Shown: positions 1 through 12,700 of the stretch, in pieces | Layout of the letters: the number at the start of each line of letters is the position of its first letter | Position numbering within the stretch: the stretch's first letter is position 1 | Assembly: GCA_964035545.1 (NCBI GenBank) | Contig: OZ037766.1 | Coordinates: 31,176,773-31,240,772 of the forward strand | DNA: 64,000 nt | Direction: 5' to 3' | Origin: Bugula neritina | Taxonomy: Eukaryota > Animalia > Bryozoa | Notes under the pieces: generated by a model | What the model was told of the DNA's origin: nothing | Database searches by the model: none | The model's input: only the letters and a program-made list of their open reading frames with translations | Translations under genes and position numbers: made by a program

Positions 1-935
1 TCAGCTAGAATCTAGATGTTTTCATGTTTCGAAACCAATCAGCAACAATCGCTCTATGAATTTTGTATTATATAATTATAATATAATGTTGGCCTATAGG
101 CATATATTATATTACATTATTTTATATGTTACATCGTATATGCATAATATATTGCATTATATCATATATATGTTGTATTAGATTATATATAATATAATAT
201 ATATAAGCATATATATTGCATTATATCATATATGTTGTATTATATTATATATAGGCATACATCCCGCCATCGATCAGGACATGGCGGTGATAGGGGAACA
301 TATACTGTTTAGTAGAATGCAGGTTGAAATATCCTATATTTGCATATATTACATTATTTATTTTAAAAGTTTTTATGCAGGAGGTATACAAGTATATAAA
401 ATCTCAATGTTACACTAAAAATCTTTTTTTTTCATTTTTTATTATTTCGGTTAAAATATAGTATATAATTATTGGAAGTGCTATTTTACTTTTGTGAAAT
501 GCAAGTGTTTATGTGCTGTTGCTTTGTGCAACAGCTTACAGCTGCCATGCAAATAGGAAACATGGTGTACTGCAGTGTAAAAGATGTATTATATAGTTTG
601 TAGTATAACATACTAGAACAATCTTAGGTAAAATGAACTAAGCTTTAGAGTCTAGATGAACTCACAAACATTCTTTTCTGTAGTTCTTCCGAAAAAACAA
701 TGAATAAGTCACCATAAGTTATACCTTTATTAATTATACCTTTATTAGTTCTTCTTTGTTAAAATATAAAAACTTATTTCTTGAGACGCAGCTGTGTACT
801 ATAGTGTGAATTAGGTCACATGTTCTTGTCTTGATGAGGTCATGGAGGATATCAGGAAAACTCTCAGGCCATAATCGCTTCTGTGTTATTTTTAAGAGTT
901 TTCAAAAGTCACATTGAAAAGTAAAGTCCTTATAG

Positions 936-3900
936 GTAGCTTAAATGTGTTTGACCACCAGAGGTTCTTACATACAGGTATGCATGGCGACTCTAAACAG
1001 TATAATATAAATGTTCTTTCAATCTTGATTTGCTGTTATGCTTTAGAAAGTGAGGATGGCAAACCAGTTTACGGCCAGAGTTTAAGAACTTTTCCTGACA
1101 GCAATGCTTGGGCAGTCCAGGAAAATGTTCTCTTACCCAGAGATGAAGCAACAATCTGCTTTTGGTGGAAATCCGAAGAAAAGAAGAAAACACATTCAAT
1201 ACTGAGTCTTGGAAATCTAGGTAACCTGCTTACTGGGTCATATGTTTTTTGAATTTTCATTGACATTTTAAGAGTTTAAGTAATTTCTAAATCATTCCAT
1301 GTTTGGTGAAAGTCTCTAAAAGCAAATTTTAAATAAAAGGTATTATAGCTGTTACCATATATATTCTCAATTACTTTAAAAAACCATTATTACTTCTCTT
1401 AGTCCTATACGAAATTAGTATTTTTTACAAAATACTTTAATATTTAAAACTATATAAACAGAATACAATTCAAATTTGCTGCATAGGTTTGCTTGCAAAC
1501 ATTATATATTGTGATTGAGAATCAGGCCAATATTGTCAATCAGTTCACTATGGTAGGTTATTATGTAAGTTTAGAATAATTTCATTATATTATTATATAA
1601 CAAGCTGACAATAAGAAAAATGTTACTGTAAATAAAATTGCAGCATTCATCAGAAACCTTAAATATAAGTTGAAATACTAATTTATCTTTTCTCAATATA
1701 TGAACCATGCAGTTACTATGTATCTTATAAAACTTTATTTAAAGCTTCAAATATATTATTATGATGCTTTATGCAACAAGTGAGACACTATGTTTTGCAG
1801 GTGAATTTGTAAAAATATTGATTTCATCATCGGGGAAGAAAGTTGAGTTTTCGTGGTTTGATAACAAGAATGAAGAATCGTTAGAAATTGTCAAAGATAA
1901 ATGGTATTTTTTCTGTCTTGTGGTGAACGTGGATTGGCTAGTGACAGTAAGTGAATATGAAACATTACAATTTTGAAGTAATAAACACGCATAAAAACTT
2001 AGCTATTTGCTTATATATATAATATGCTGAATATATAGTTGGTCAATGCAATTATATAGAATAAAATATGGAGATACTATATTCTCACCTATCTCCGCTT
2101 TGTCCTGTCAGGGTAGCGAGTATGGAGACGCTATTTGGTATAACTAAATTCAGTAATGCTTGTCTTTATATTGACATATGTGCAATACTTCGGGGAGATA
2201 ATTTGAAGAAAAATGTTTCAATGACTTTAGAAACTATCACTGAATAAGTAAAGTTATTCTTTTGTAGTTTCATATTGGCACTTCTTGGCCAAACCTAAAC
2301 TGGGTCAAGTCCGTAGAAAATGGCAATAGCAATCCAACTCCACATATAAAGTCTGTTGAAACTGTTATGGCTTTGTTTTCCGTGATAAAGAATTCCGTGT
2401 CGTTTGGTAATTAATTTTCTATAGTTTTGCTGCTTATCATTTTTACAGAGCAACAAGCTCTTATAACACATGATGCACTACAAACACTCTTCTACTTCAA
2501 ACTATCACTATTTTTAAGAAAATTGAAAAAAAAATCATTTCATGGTTAAAAAATTAAATTCAAATGAAAGTATGTAAATAAACAATAGTAAATACAAAAA
2601 ACACTTCATTTCATTTGTATCTAACATATTTTCATCTATTGACAAATATTTTAATAACTCATGTATACTGATTATTTTCAGACACACACAAGTCAAAACA
2701 ACTTGGTGTAGGCACAATTGCCTGTCTCAACATCTGGAGTTCTGCCTATAAGAAGGAGAAGTTGAAATTGTTTGCTAATTGTCTAGAAAAAGGAGATGCG
2801 TTGGCTATGAATGTTGATAAGTTGGTTTTTTACGGTACGAAAAAGATACAGCGCTCCCTCGGACTACCTATTCCAACGACTCCAGCTGCCGAGACTGCTA
2901 GTTCTAACCTCGTCACGAAGAGTCTACCTGCAGCCATTGAACCTATTACAAGCACTGGTTAGTACTTCAACTCCAGTGTTTTAATGTTAAGCATATGCAT
3001 AGTGGCAGCCATTGAATATTATGTTTGTGAATGTATTTTGCACGACAGCCAACTTGGACAATTTATTCTAAGTATAAATAATTACCATTATCAAGTTTAT
3101 GCAGTCAGTCTTTCAACAAACAGCTGTAGTATAAGCATAATATTGGCTAAGCACTGACACATACTTTGACACATAAACTGACACTAACTCCACATGCAAG
3201 AGCTAAACTGATACTTTTGTTGTTATAGTCATTATCATCCATTTTATCCATGATACAAAGGAGATGATTCAATCTAATTGACTATTCACTAAAAGAATCT
3301 GCGGCTTCTATCAAGGCAAATAGTTTTATTGGCATATTATGGTTTAACACTTTAAATTTGCTGTCTTGTTCGTCTTATTAATATGTTAGTTTAATATAAA
3401 GTCATTCATTAAAAGTGCGGTTCTTAAAAAATTAATATGTTGTTTTGAGGCATAATATATGCCAATCTTCTCAAACATTTAAGAAGTTAATTGGACTCAA
3501 CCTGATTCATAAATAAAATTTTAGAATAAATCGTATAAATGTTAACTTGAATTTATTTATTTTATCATTGAGGAAATTATAACTCCTCAATACTCAGATA
3601 TTATATTCATTCAAAATCTTAACAGTTGGGTATCTAAAGACAATAGTTTTGAATTAGATTGTTTTAAAAATGCATAGAAAAAGCAATTGCAGCTCAAATT
3701 TTGGTCAAAAGTTGTTAAATTCAAGTATCATCATTATTTTTATTAGAAATTGACGGCAGCTCTAGTGTTGTGTTATATTATTAATGAAACTAACATCATC
3801 TCTATATATATAGCATATAATTTTGTGATAGATACGCAAAGTTTTTTTATATCTTTCTAGTTGATATGACGAACTGGACGAAGTTTGTGTCATACAAGGG

Positions 3901-4117
3901 TCAATATATGCTAGGTCTTTCGGTCTACCATCTACCTTTTCCTTCTGCACTTGAATGTCTGCACATCTGCGCATCTACCAGCTGCAAACATGTAAACTAC
4001 CACTATCTTAGTAATGCTTGTGAACTTGGTCGTGTTGAAGGAACACAGTCTTTGTCGTTTATCTCAGTTGAGGGAGCCACTTACTACCGTCCCGCCACGA
4101 ATAGCGAGTTGGTATAA
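936..4117 (+). CDS. Pentraxin/LamG-like domain + S/T/P linker + PAN/apple domain protein, copy 1 (5' end not identified, probably upstream of window)
   Basis: Phase-compatible exons 936-977 (tentative), 1047-1220, 1801-1946, 2268-2406, 2682-2957, 3861-4117 (TAA). Motifs ATICFWWKS, DKWYFFCLV and GTIACLNIWS..LFANC..GD fit a pentraxin/LamG fold. The last exon ECLHICASTSCKHVNYHYLSNACEL fits PAN/apple cysteine spacing. Confidence 0.75.
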
Positions 4118-4994
4118 ACTTTTCATTCAAGCTGCATGAAATTAATAGCAATTTTCAGCACTTTGTAATTTTTTTAAAATTTTGATAAAATTAAATGATT
4201 TGGAAAATAATGTGCATGTGTTGTAAAACTTAAAAAATTTCTGTTGTGAAGTATTACTCGTTGAAGTTTTTAAATTTCTATTATTTTACTATAAATATTG
4301 GTTATAAAATGAATGCGACTTTGCTAAATAAATTCAGACAAAACTTTGTTTCAGATCTGTGAATTTTCTTGCAGTTTGTGATTATATAATTTTAATGTCA
4401 ATTGTTTATGTTGAAACATGGCTGTAATAAATATACTATTTATTTGCAGCTCTAAAAAGACACTTTTTTGTTTAACCTTATAATGAGCTCATATATAGAA
4501 TGCTAGTGGGTTGTCAATTACTCAAAAACTATTGAAATTTCAATATCATACTTAGCCAAGTAGCAACATAATGACATGCTCCCATACTTTGCAAAAAAGT
4601 TGATATTATGTATATTTTACGCTGTTTGAAACAAAAGTATTTTTTTATGATAAAACAAGAAAAATTAGGTCTAGAACATACAACTTATACCTGACTCAAA
4701 TATTTTATCAAAATGCGTTGCGGATCTCACAAAGGAATACCTATAATTTCATATAAATTCAATCAAGAGATGAACCAGATATGTATAAAAAAGAAGCATA
4801 TGTATATAAGCTGATAAAATTTATTGTTTTTATATACATATATACCATAGTATAATATTAAGTTAACCTTGTATAATATTCACTTGTTGGTGTCATAAGC
4901 TTATATTGTAGGACCTTAAGTCGGTTAACATTATATTGCAAAGTAAAAGCTTGGTTGTATTGACATAAATATTTCATAAAAGACAAAATTCTGA

Positions 4995-5495
4995 TTTATC
5001 CGCCCAATAATAGCATCAGAGTTTCATCAAGTCTGTATCACAACAATATTATTCAGAAATTGGAAAGAAATGTTATTATAATTGTGTTGCTTTTATTTAC
5101 GTTCATAAATGCAAAGTGATATTGTATCTGTGCTAGCTGCGCTGTACTGAAAGAATGGGCGGAGAAAGGGGTGGGACATTGACTATTGTCTTTATAATAC
5201 ATTGTATAGGTAAATAGCAGCAATGATGAAAAACCTGTATTGAAGCTGAATAACAATAGATATTTGTGAATGATTGTTATAGTTCTATAGCTCTATATGA
5301 TAGCAAAGCTCAAATTCGTTGTATGAATCAGACAATCCAGTGCTTACTCCTTTGCATAGCAAGACAATTAATCATTTAAAAAAAGAAAGCGATGTGTCTC
5401 TAGTCTCTAGTCTCTAGTTTCTAGTCTCTAGTTTCTAGTTTCTAACCGCTCCGCATTGCTTAGCTGGATTACCACGCCTGATTGATTGAGTAAGT
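4995..5495 (+). promoter_or_regulatory. Putative promoter and non-coding first exon of sulfotransferase copy 1 (equivalent in copy 2 at ~20320-20835)
   Basis: GC-box/CCAAT TCCGCCCAAT at ~4998-5008, GGGCGG/GGGGTGGG at 5157-5175 and a GTAAGT donor at 5490 are retained in both copies. An acceptor at 6733-6734 precedes the ATG exon. Confidence 0.35.
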
Positions 5496-5950
5496 AGTAG
5501 TAGTGAAACAGACAGTCAATTGACTAGGAACAGCAAGTGGGGTGTTTTGAAAGTTGACATTTTATTAGACTAGTCGTAGCAAGTGATTTATATGAAAAAA
5601 TATCTACAAGCTCAAAACCTCTTAACTGTTGTACTACACATGAGGCATTGCTAACTGGTTTACCTGGTGGCAAGTGTGCTAGAAATTAAATTGATTCAGT
5701 GAGCTTTTAAAGTTAAACAGCTGAGAGAGAAGTTTCTCATTTATACAACTGAGTATTCATTCCAGTATAACTGAACTGTGAATGGCCAGTTATCATACAG
5801 CATTGTAACATTGACTATATTTTCTGTTTAACATTAAAGCTAACTTTACTAAAGGTAGAATTTGTTTTTATTCAATTGCGATTATTCAGCAAATCTTCAT
5901 AAGTAGCTATCAGAAGCTGTAGAGGTACAATCTATTAGTATTCTACTCCT

Positions 5951-6286
5951 TGTAAAATAATTGCCACCACTGCATGGGAATCGAACCCGAGTCCTCTGGC
6001 TTGCAAGCAAATATGCTACCATTACACCACGGAGGCTACTGGGGAAACACAACACTACATCCCACCCAGTTCTCTGAACTCCACTGGCCTATCTACTACT
6101 CCTTCAGTCATCAGGCTCCCCTGGCCTCTCAACTCCCTCGGAGTACTATAATACTACACTTTACTAAAGGCCGAAATAGCTTGTAAAATAATTTCTACCA
6201 CTGGGAATCGAACCCGAGTCCTCTGGCTTGCAAGCAAGTGCGCTACCATTACACCACGGAGGCGACTGAGGAAACACAACACTACA
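5951..6286 (-). mobile_element. TRIM-like non-autonomous LTR element with tRNA-derived LTRs
   Basis: Direct repeats 5951-6059 and 6182-6286, each TGTA...TACA, around a 122-bp internal segment. Flanked by CTCCT/CTCCT, with a single CTCCT empty site at 21241-21245 in the duplicate. Each repeat has A-box TGGTGTAATGG and B-box GGTTCGATTCC on the minus strand. Confidence 0.75.
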
Positions 6287-6463
6287 CTCCTTAAGTAACT
6301 CTTGCCAGTTAAAATCTTACTCTCCAGCTACTACACTGGAAACTGGTAGGCTGGAAACAGTTAGCATCCGTTTGAATGTTACAGCTTCTTACTGCTGGCT
6401 TATAGCTACAAACTTGTTAAAGCACTTTGTTTGTTTACGGTTTACTACCCCCCCTCTCTCTCT

Positions 6464-6494
<31 letters not shown>

Positions 6495-6767
6495 AAACGA
6501 GAAACAAGTCAAAAATCTGCCTGGTGTTCAAGTGGAGCAAACCTTTGTTAGATATTGTAGACTAATACATGCACCACTATAATATTATGTCTGAGTCTAC
6601 AAAAATGGCTAACAAATGGATTTTTTGAGGCTCTAGAAGTTGATTCAATTTGATGAACCCACTTATTGCATTCTCATCAGCAGTTGATTATAATTAAAAT
6701 GAAAATGCTACTTAAACTTTTCTTTGTTTAATAGAAAAGAATGAAAGTATGAAACTATAACATCAGG

Positions 6768-9700
6768 ATGAGCAAAAGAATAACAGTGAAACGAAATGTG
6801 ACTGTAGTTGTTTTGGTGTTGACAATAACAGTTGCATTTTTTGCATTCCAGCACAAAAGAGTCGACATCATAACCTCACCTGCTACAAAAGGTATGTCAC
6901 TATTAGTAGATATATTTAATTGTAATATTCACATTATTTTTTGCTTGTGAATCTTTATCTAAAATTACTTATTTTTGGTGCATTTTGAAAATTTGTTGCA
7001 AATTTATGGAGTATCAAACAGTATATTAGCTTATTTATTCAAAGTTTTAGCCTTTTTATTTAATTTAAAAATACTAGTCTAGAGTCTTTCAAACTGAAAA
7101 ATTAGGCATAGCAAGCACTTGTTGTAACTGACATCATGTCTAGACAGCTAAAGTCAGGTAATTAGCTTCACACTCTCCTGACAACACAGCTTGATAAAGC
7201 TTTTAAACTGGTGCAGAGGTAATTCCGACAATTTTCACTTCATAGAGAGCGTTTATTTTTATTCCATTGTCACAATAATATTAGTATATTGTTAGTCTGA
7301 ACTGAACTGTATTTGAGGCATTGCTTTACGATGAACCTATTATTGAAATATGTTAAAAAGGTCTAAAGTTTAAACACAATTTAATTCGTGTTAACTATAA
7401 CAAGTGCAGTTTTGTAATTCATAATACTTACTTTCAATATAACACCTAATCAAAATTCAATCTATAAGCCAAGTATATATTATACAATTTATTTTTAGCT
7501 TAGCATAAGTTTTTATAGCAACATTATTGAAATAGTGGTTTTATTCACCAAGGTGCAGCTATTTTCCTTTAAAATGTTCAACAAATCATTATAGTGGTAG
7601 GTACTATTTCACCATAATTTATTTGCAAGACGATTATTGGTTTACATTTTAATTGCTATCAAACAAAATTACTTGCTTTCACTTCCCTATGACGCTCCAT
7701 ACTTGAGTATGGATGCCAGGTATTTGACCCTTATACACAAAAACCTATAAATAAAATTGAGGGAGTTCAAAATTTGCCTATCTGATTTATAGGAAACTTA
7801 AAAGGCCGTTCTGACAGTGTGTCAGAGGCCCGAGAAAAAGTATGCCTCAGCACTCTGGAAGTTCGTCGTAGGGAGTTGAGAGTGAAGGAGAGTGAAGCTC
7901 TACAAGAAAATGGTTGGTAGCCCGACAGAGATTTTCACTAAATTCTTGGAAGAGAACACAAATCCTGTAAATACTAATGTAACCACGCGTTTTCAGTCAC
8001 AGGGATTGGTAACAACACTCTCTTCAAATCTTGGCCCATTTTATCATAGCTTTTCTCCCTATAGAACTATCAGGCGCATTAGACTTGAAGTCGGTGTGGA
8101 GCAGACTGCTCACTTTTGTTCCCATTGAGCGTCCCTACCAGTGCTTTCTTCTATATAGACCTCTACATCAATACATTTTATTTTGCTAATTCATGCAGAC
8201 TGCGCTCACTTTTGTTCCCATTGAGTGCCCCTACCATTGATTTCGTTTAATAGATCTCTACATCAATACATTTTTTTTGCTTTATGCAGACTGCTCACTT
8301 TTGTTCCCATTGAGTGTCCCTACCATTGATTTCTTTTAATATACTCTAGAATCTAGATCAATACATTTTATTTTGTTTTATACATTAAAAAAAAAATTGC
8401 TATTATAGTAACTCGTTGATCTCTGAGGCTTGCACGATAGACCTATGAGATGCGCTGCAGGATACAAATACAGATACAGATACAAATACAAATGCCATAA
8501 ACGATTGTCAAAAATACTACAATAACAATAATTCCCTTGTTAGACCATCCAGGAATGGAGCTTATAACTTTGATGTTAATGTAGTAGATATTTATTCTCT
8601 ACTTTGATAATATTGATTTAAATGTAACAAAAATTTAACATAATATAAGTGATGAAAGGTTACTCAGCAGTTTATGCTACATGTTAGCTGACTGAAAGTG
8701 TAGCATAGAATGAGGGCTGAAAGTAAAATATATTTCAATGAATGAATCATTTCAGAAAACTGATGGCGTAAACGCTATTTATATAACTTAGTCATAGTGA
8801 ATCATACACATGAGGAAATCATGTTGATTTGTGTGCAATTTGTCATAGTCATAAAGGAAAACAGCTGCATGTTATACTTGACTAATGTGTTGTTTTTGTA
8901 ATTATAAGCAAGTTGGTTAACTTTGTTTGTTTTGATGAGAGCAAGAAATTTCACTGGCATTTCAATTAATTACAATCAATTGTCATTTTCGTTTTCATTT
9001 TCATACAATACGATTTTCACTCTAAAGCAGTTTTGGAGAAAGCACTTGAAGTTAGTGAGGAAACAGAAGTGCTTCCACCTAAAACTAAAAGCAAAGTTGA
9101 TTTCAATTCTAAAGCAGTTGATAAGAATGCTTCAAAAAGAACAGATGAAGTAGTAAATGCAGCAACAGAGCTACAAAACTCAAGCAACAACAAGAAAGGT
9201 TTACTTACCACCACACCAACTGGTGAGAGAAAGTTGCTTGACCCGAGAGTCAACGGTTGGAACTCAGCAATAGAAACTCTTGATGTCACAGAGACATTCA
9301 AGCCAGACCCTGACTTCAAGAAGGTAACTATGTGACTCAAGAATTGCATGTATGATGTAATAACCTGTAGCCTGATAGCATGCCAAATGGGAACATAGGA
9401 TAAGCAAACTAATTTGAATATGTTTAAATCCTAAAATCATGCCCTATATTTTCACTATAACTGTTATAGTTGATAACTTATATCTTCAATGCCTACCTTT
9501 CACGAGTTTTTAAAGCATTAGCAACTTTTATCAATGTAATTATTGTGGAATTAAGATACTTTTGTAATTCATTTATTTTTAAATTTTTAGATTTTAAGAT
9601 TTTAGATTTTAAATTTTAAATTTTTAAATTCTAAAAAGTTACAGTGCATTGATGACGAAATATTAAGAATTATCCTCTCTTTAGCAAAGTTGTTACTCAA

Positions 9701-12700
9701 TCATGCATGAAAGTGTGGCAAAACATTACATAATCCTGTTTCCTATAATGTTTTACAGGTTAATCAGTTTACCATTGATGAATTGGTGCCCTTCTTTCCT
9801 GATGGAGGAATACACCAAAATTCTGACAACTCCACTTTTGAAAACTGGCTGGCAATGAAGTTCCCCCCAAACTCAGTGTGGGACCAGAACTATAAGACAC
9901 CCTGCTACATTGATTACAAATCTGGTAGATTGAGAGTATGTTTAGAATTTTGTGGAAATTAATTTATTGCACAAGGCTATGAGACTATTTCCTTATTTGA
10001 ACCAAATTATTGATTGTGGATACAGCAAAGCTATTGTTTACACTACTACAATGTTTAGAGCTATTTCGTTGGTAAATTTTATGATTTAATCACATCTCTG
10101 CTAGTTAAGGGAGTTTACCATTAAGAGTTTGCTAAGCACAACATTGTGTAACCACATTGATAATGCATGTAGTGCAATGAGCCAACAATCTGTCATGACT
10201 TGGCCCCCCACCCTTATTTGATGAGAACAGGGGCCTGAAGCTATTTTAGAGCTTCCCTTTGTTATGAATTTTGAGTTTGTGTTTACCTAAAAATTTTCCT
10301 ATATAAACATTCCTAATAGCAATAATTATGAATAAACATGAATAAGCATGAATAAACATGAATAAGCATGAATAAACATGAATAAGCATGAATAAACTGA
10401 GAAGATTGGAACACATCCTTTAAGCATCATTATGGCATAACAATGCAATTGATATCTGCAGCTAAATAATGCCTTAAATATTGATCAGCAATTAAACAGC
10501 AAACAATGGTCTGTTTCAGTGTATTCCTCACATCTACATGGTTGGGTGGGCAAAGTCTGGAACTACAGACATGTGGTGGTACTGGAATAACCACCCACAA
10601 CTAGTACCTGCATCGAAGGAGACTCAGTTTCTTACACAGTTTTCATTTTGGCCGGTATGAATTCTACGGCCAGACTAACTTTGTGCTTACTTTATATTGT
10701 GTCATGTAAACTAGTGCAAATCTTCTGGTTCTATAAAGTATTTTACTGATACAATTTGTCGTAATCAACTTCTAGATGCCGCTGTGCCAACCAGTTTCTA
10801 AACACGTATCACATATAAGCAGTATTATGTGGAATGATTCAGTGTCACCATTATAGAAGTGTCCAAAAATACTATTAAATTTACAGGGCCACAAAACAAT
10901 GAAGACCTTCAACGAACTACTCTACTACTACTTTGACGAACGAACGAAGAAGTCACAAGAGAAATTTCCCGAACGCACCATGTACGACATGACAGGAACT
11001 ATTATCTATGATAATTGGCATTGGAGAATTAAACAAGGTTACATGGGTAATCCTCACATACCAACCCACACTAACTTTCACTACCTCAGGAAAACACACC
11101 CTGGTGCTCAAATTGTTGGTAAGATTTGCAACCAGTAACCGTGTATAAAATAGTAGAATACGCTGTATTTCTTTATCTTCAGTTAACTCTTAGACAGGGT
11201 ATTCATATTAAGTTCGACTTTTTAATGTTCTGGCAGTATAGACTAGGCTATAAAATCCTGAAAAAATGATTCTTGAGCAGCTCCAAGCAAGTAATCAAGC
11301 AAGTTAGCATGTTTTACAGTGTGGAGAGTTGTTCAACCTGTGTATATAAATGTTTTGGTAAACAGCTGTAAACTCAGATAGCAGCCGATTGCTAGCCCCA
11401 AGTTCCAGTATTTACCACTTTTGATGTTTTGGAAAGTGCTAATTACTGATAAATCTCTAATCTAATCTAATTAATTTCTAATATAATAAAATTTTTATTA
11501 AAATTTTTTGGCTGTAATTATATAAACATGAGTTCATTAGTAAAAATTTAATTTCATGATTACAGTTATGATGAGAAACCCTGTGACTCGTGCTTTGTCT
11601 TTCTACAACCACGGAATAGACATGAGCAAAAATCATAATGCTAACCTTCAGTTTGTTTATAAAGACATGCCCCAGTCACCTCTGGATATTCACAAGTTTT
11701 TTATAGACAGGTGAATCTACTTCTATAAGTCTATTTTATTAATATTTATGTTTTCTTGAAAATCGAAGAAGACAGAAATGTAATATAATGGCTTATAATG
11801 TGCTTCTATTTTATACCTTTCAGTATAGAGAGTGTTGAAATATGTTAGCTGATCTGTGTTATTTCATTTATTTAAAATTTTAAACTCCAGCAATAAATCC
11901 AAGCAGTTCTTTGAATTAAACTCTGCATATGAACTGTCATGAATACTTTAATTATAAAATGTTTATTTTACAAAAGCAGAGGTTTTATAATCTTTATAAA
12001 TAAATAAAAAACATAGATTTTATACTACGTTATTATACATAAAAGCAATAGAATTTGGCACTTGAAGTTAATTTGAACGATAATGTTACTTTTATACAGC
12101 ATATACCATTTCAATGAATGTGTAAAGAAGACATCTTTGAGAGCTTGTTGCCACCTATCTGGCTGGGAGTCTCAAAACTGGGGAGATCCACAATACTTTA
12201 TGACTTTGAGAATTGGAATTTACTACATCTTCTTAGAGGAAGTGTATAAAAACTACCCTCCATCCCAGGTGTGTTGTTGTTTAATCTGCTTCCTTTGTTC
12301 TCAGAAATGAGCAAAACCAGTCATTAGTCTAACATTACAATGCTAGGTTGGCCAGGCTATCACTTGGGCCAGAGGCTAAGCATATAAGCTGACTTATGTG
12401 ATAATCAGCTTTGATTGATAATGAAACCAGCAAATGATTAAAATATTTATTATTAACATATGAAAGGAAAGTTAGGTTGGCGAAAACTCTGTCAAGAGTT
12501 ATACAATCAATGCGATAACTCAATAATTAATTTAATATTGCAATTTTATTTTAATATTGAAAGCTATAGCTAAATTAAAATGCTGTGTACTAGCTGCAGA
12601 TATATTTGCATATATAGTATCAATATATTATATTTTATGTAGCAGATTGATACCTGTATTGTGTCATCAATAATTTCGCTTACAGGTGCATTTAGTGAAG

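Noticed and set aside
2112-2147. Extra small exon in the pentraxin gene (GSEYGDAIW)
   Set aside because: The donor is not conserved in copy 2, and the flanking exons already join in frame.
5964-6270. Two tRNA genes
   Set aside because: A/B boxes are present but acceptor and anticodon stems do not pair; they are the terminal repeats of an inserted element.
8101-8380. CRISPR-like array
   Set aside because: Contiguous ~90-bp tandem units without unique spacers, in a eukaryotic intron, with no cas genes.
9017-9349. Antisense ORFs over real exons (also 23216-23494, 35572-35835, 58861-59058)
   Set aside because: Shadows of coding exons on the opposite strand with no independent features.
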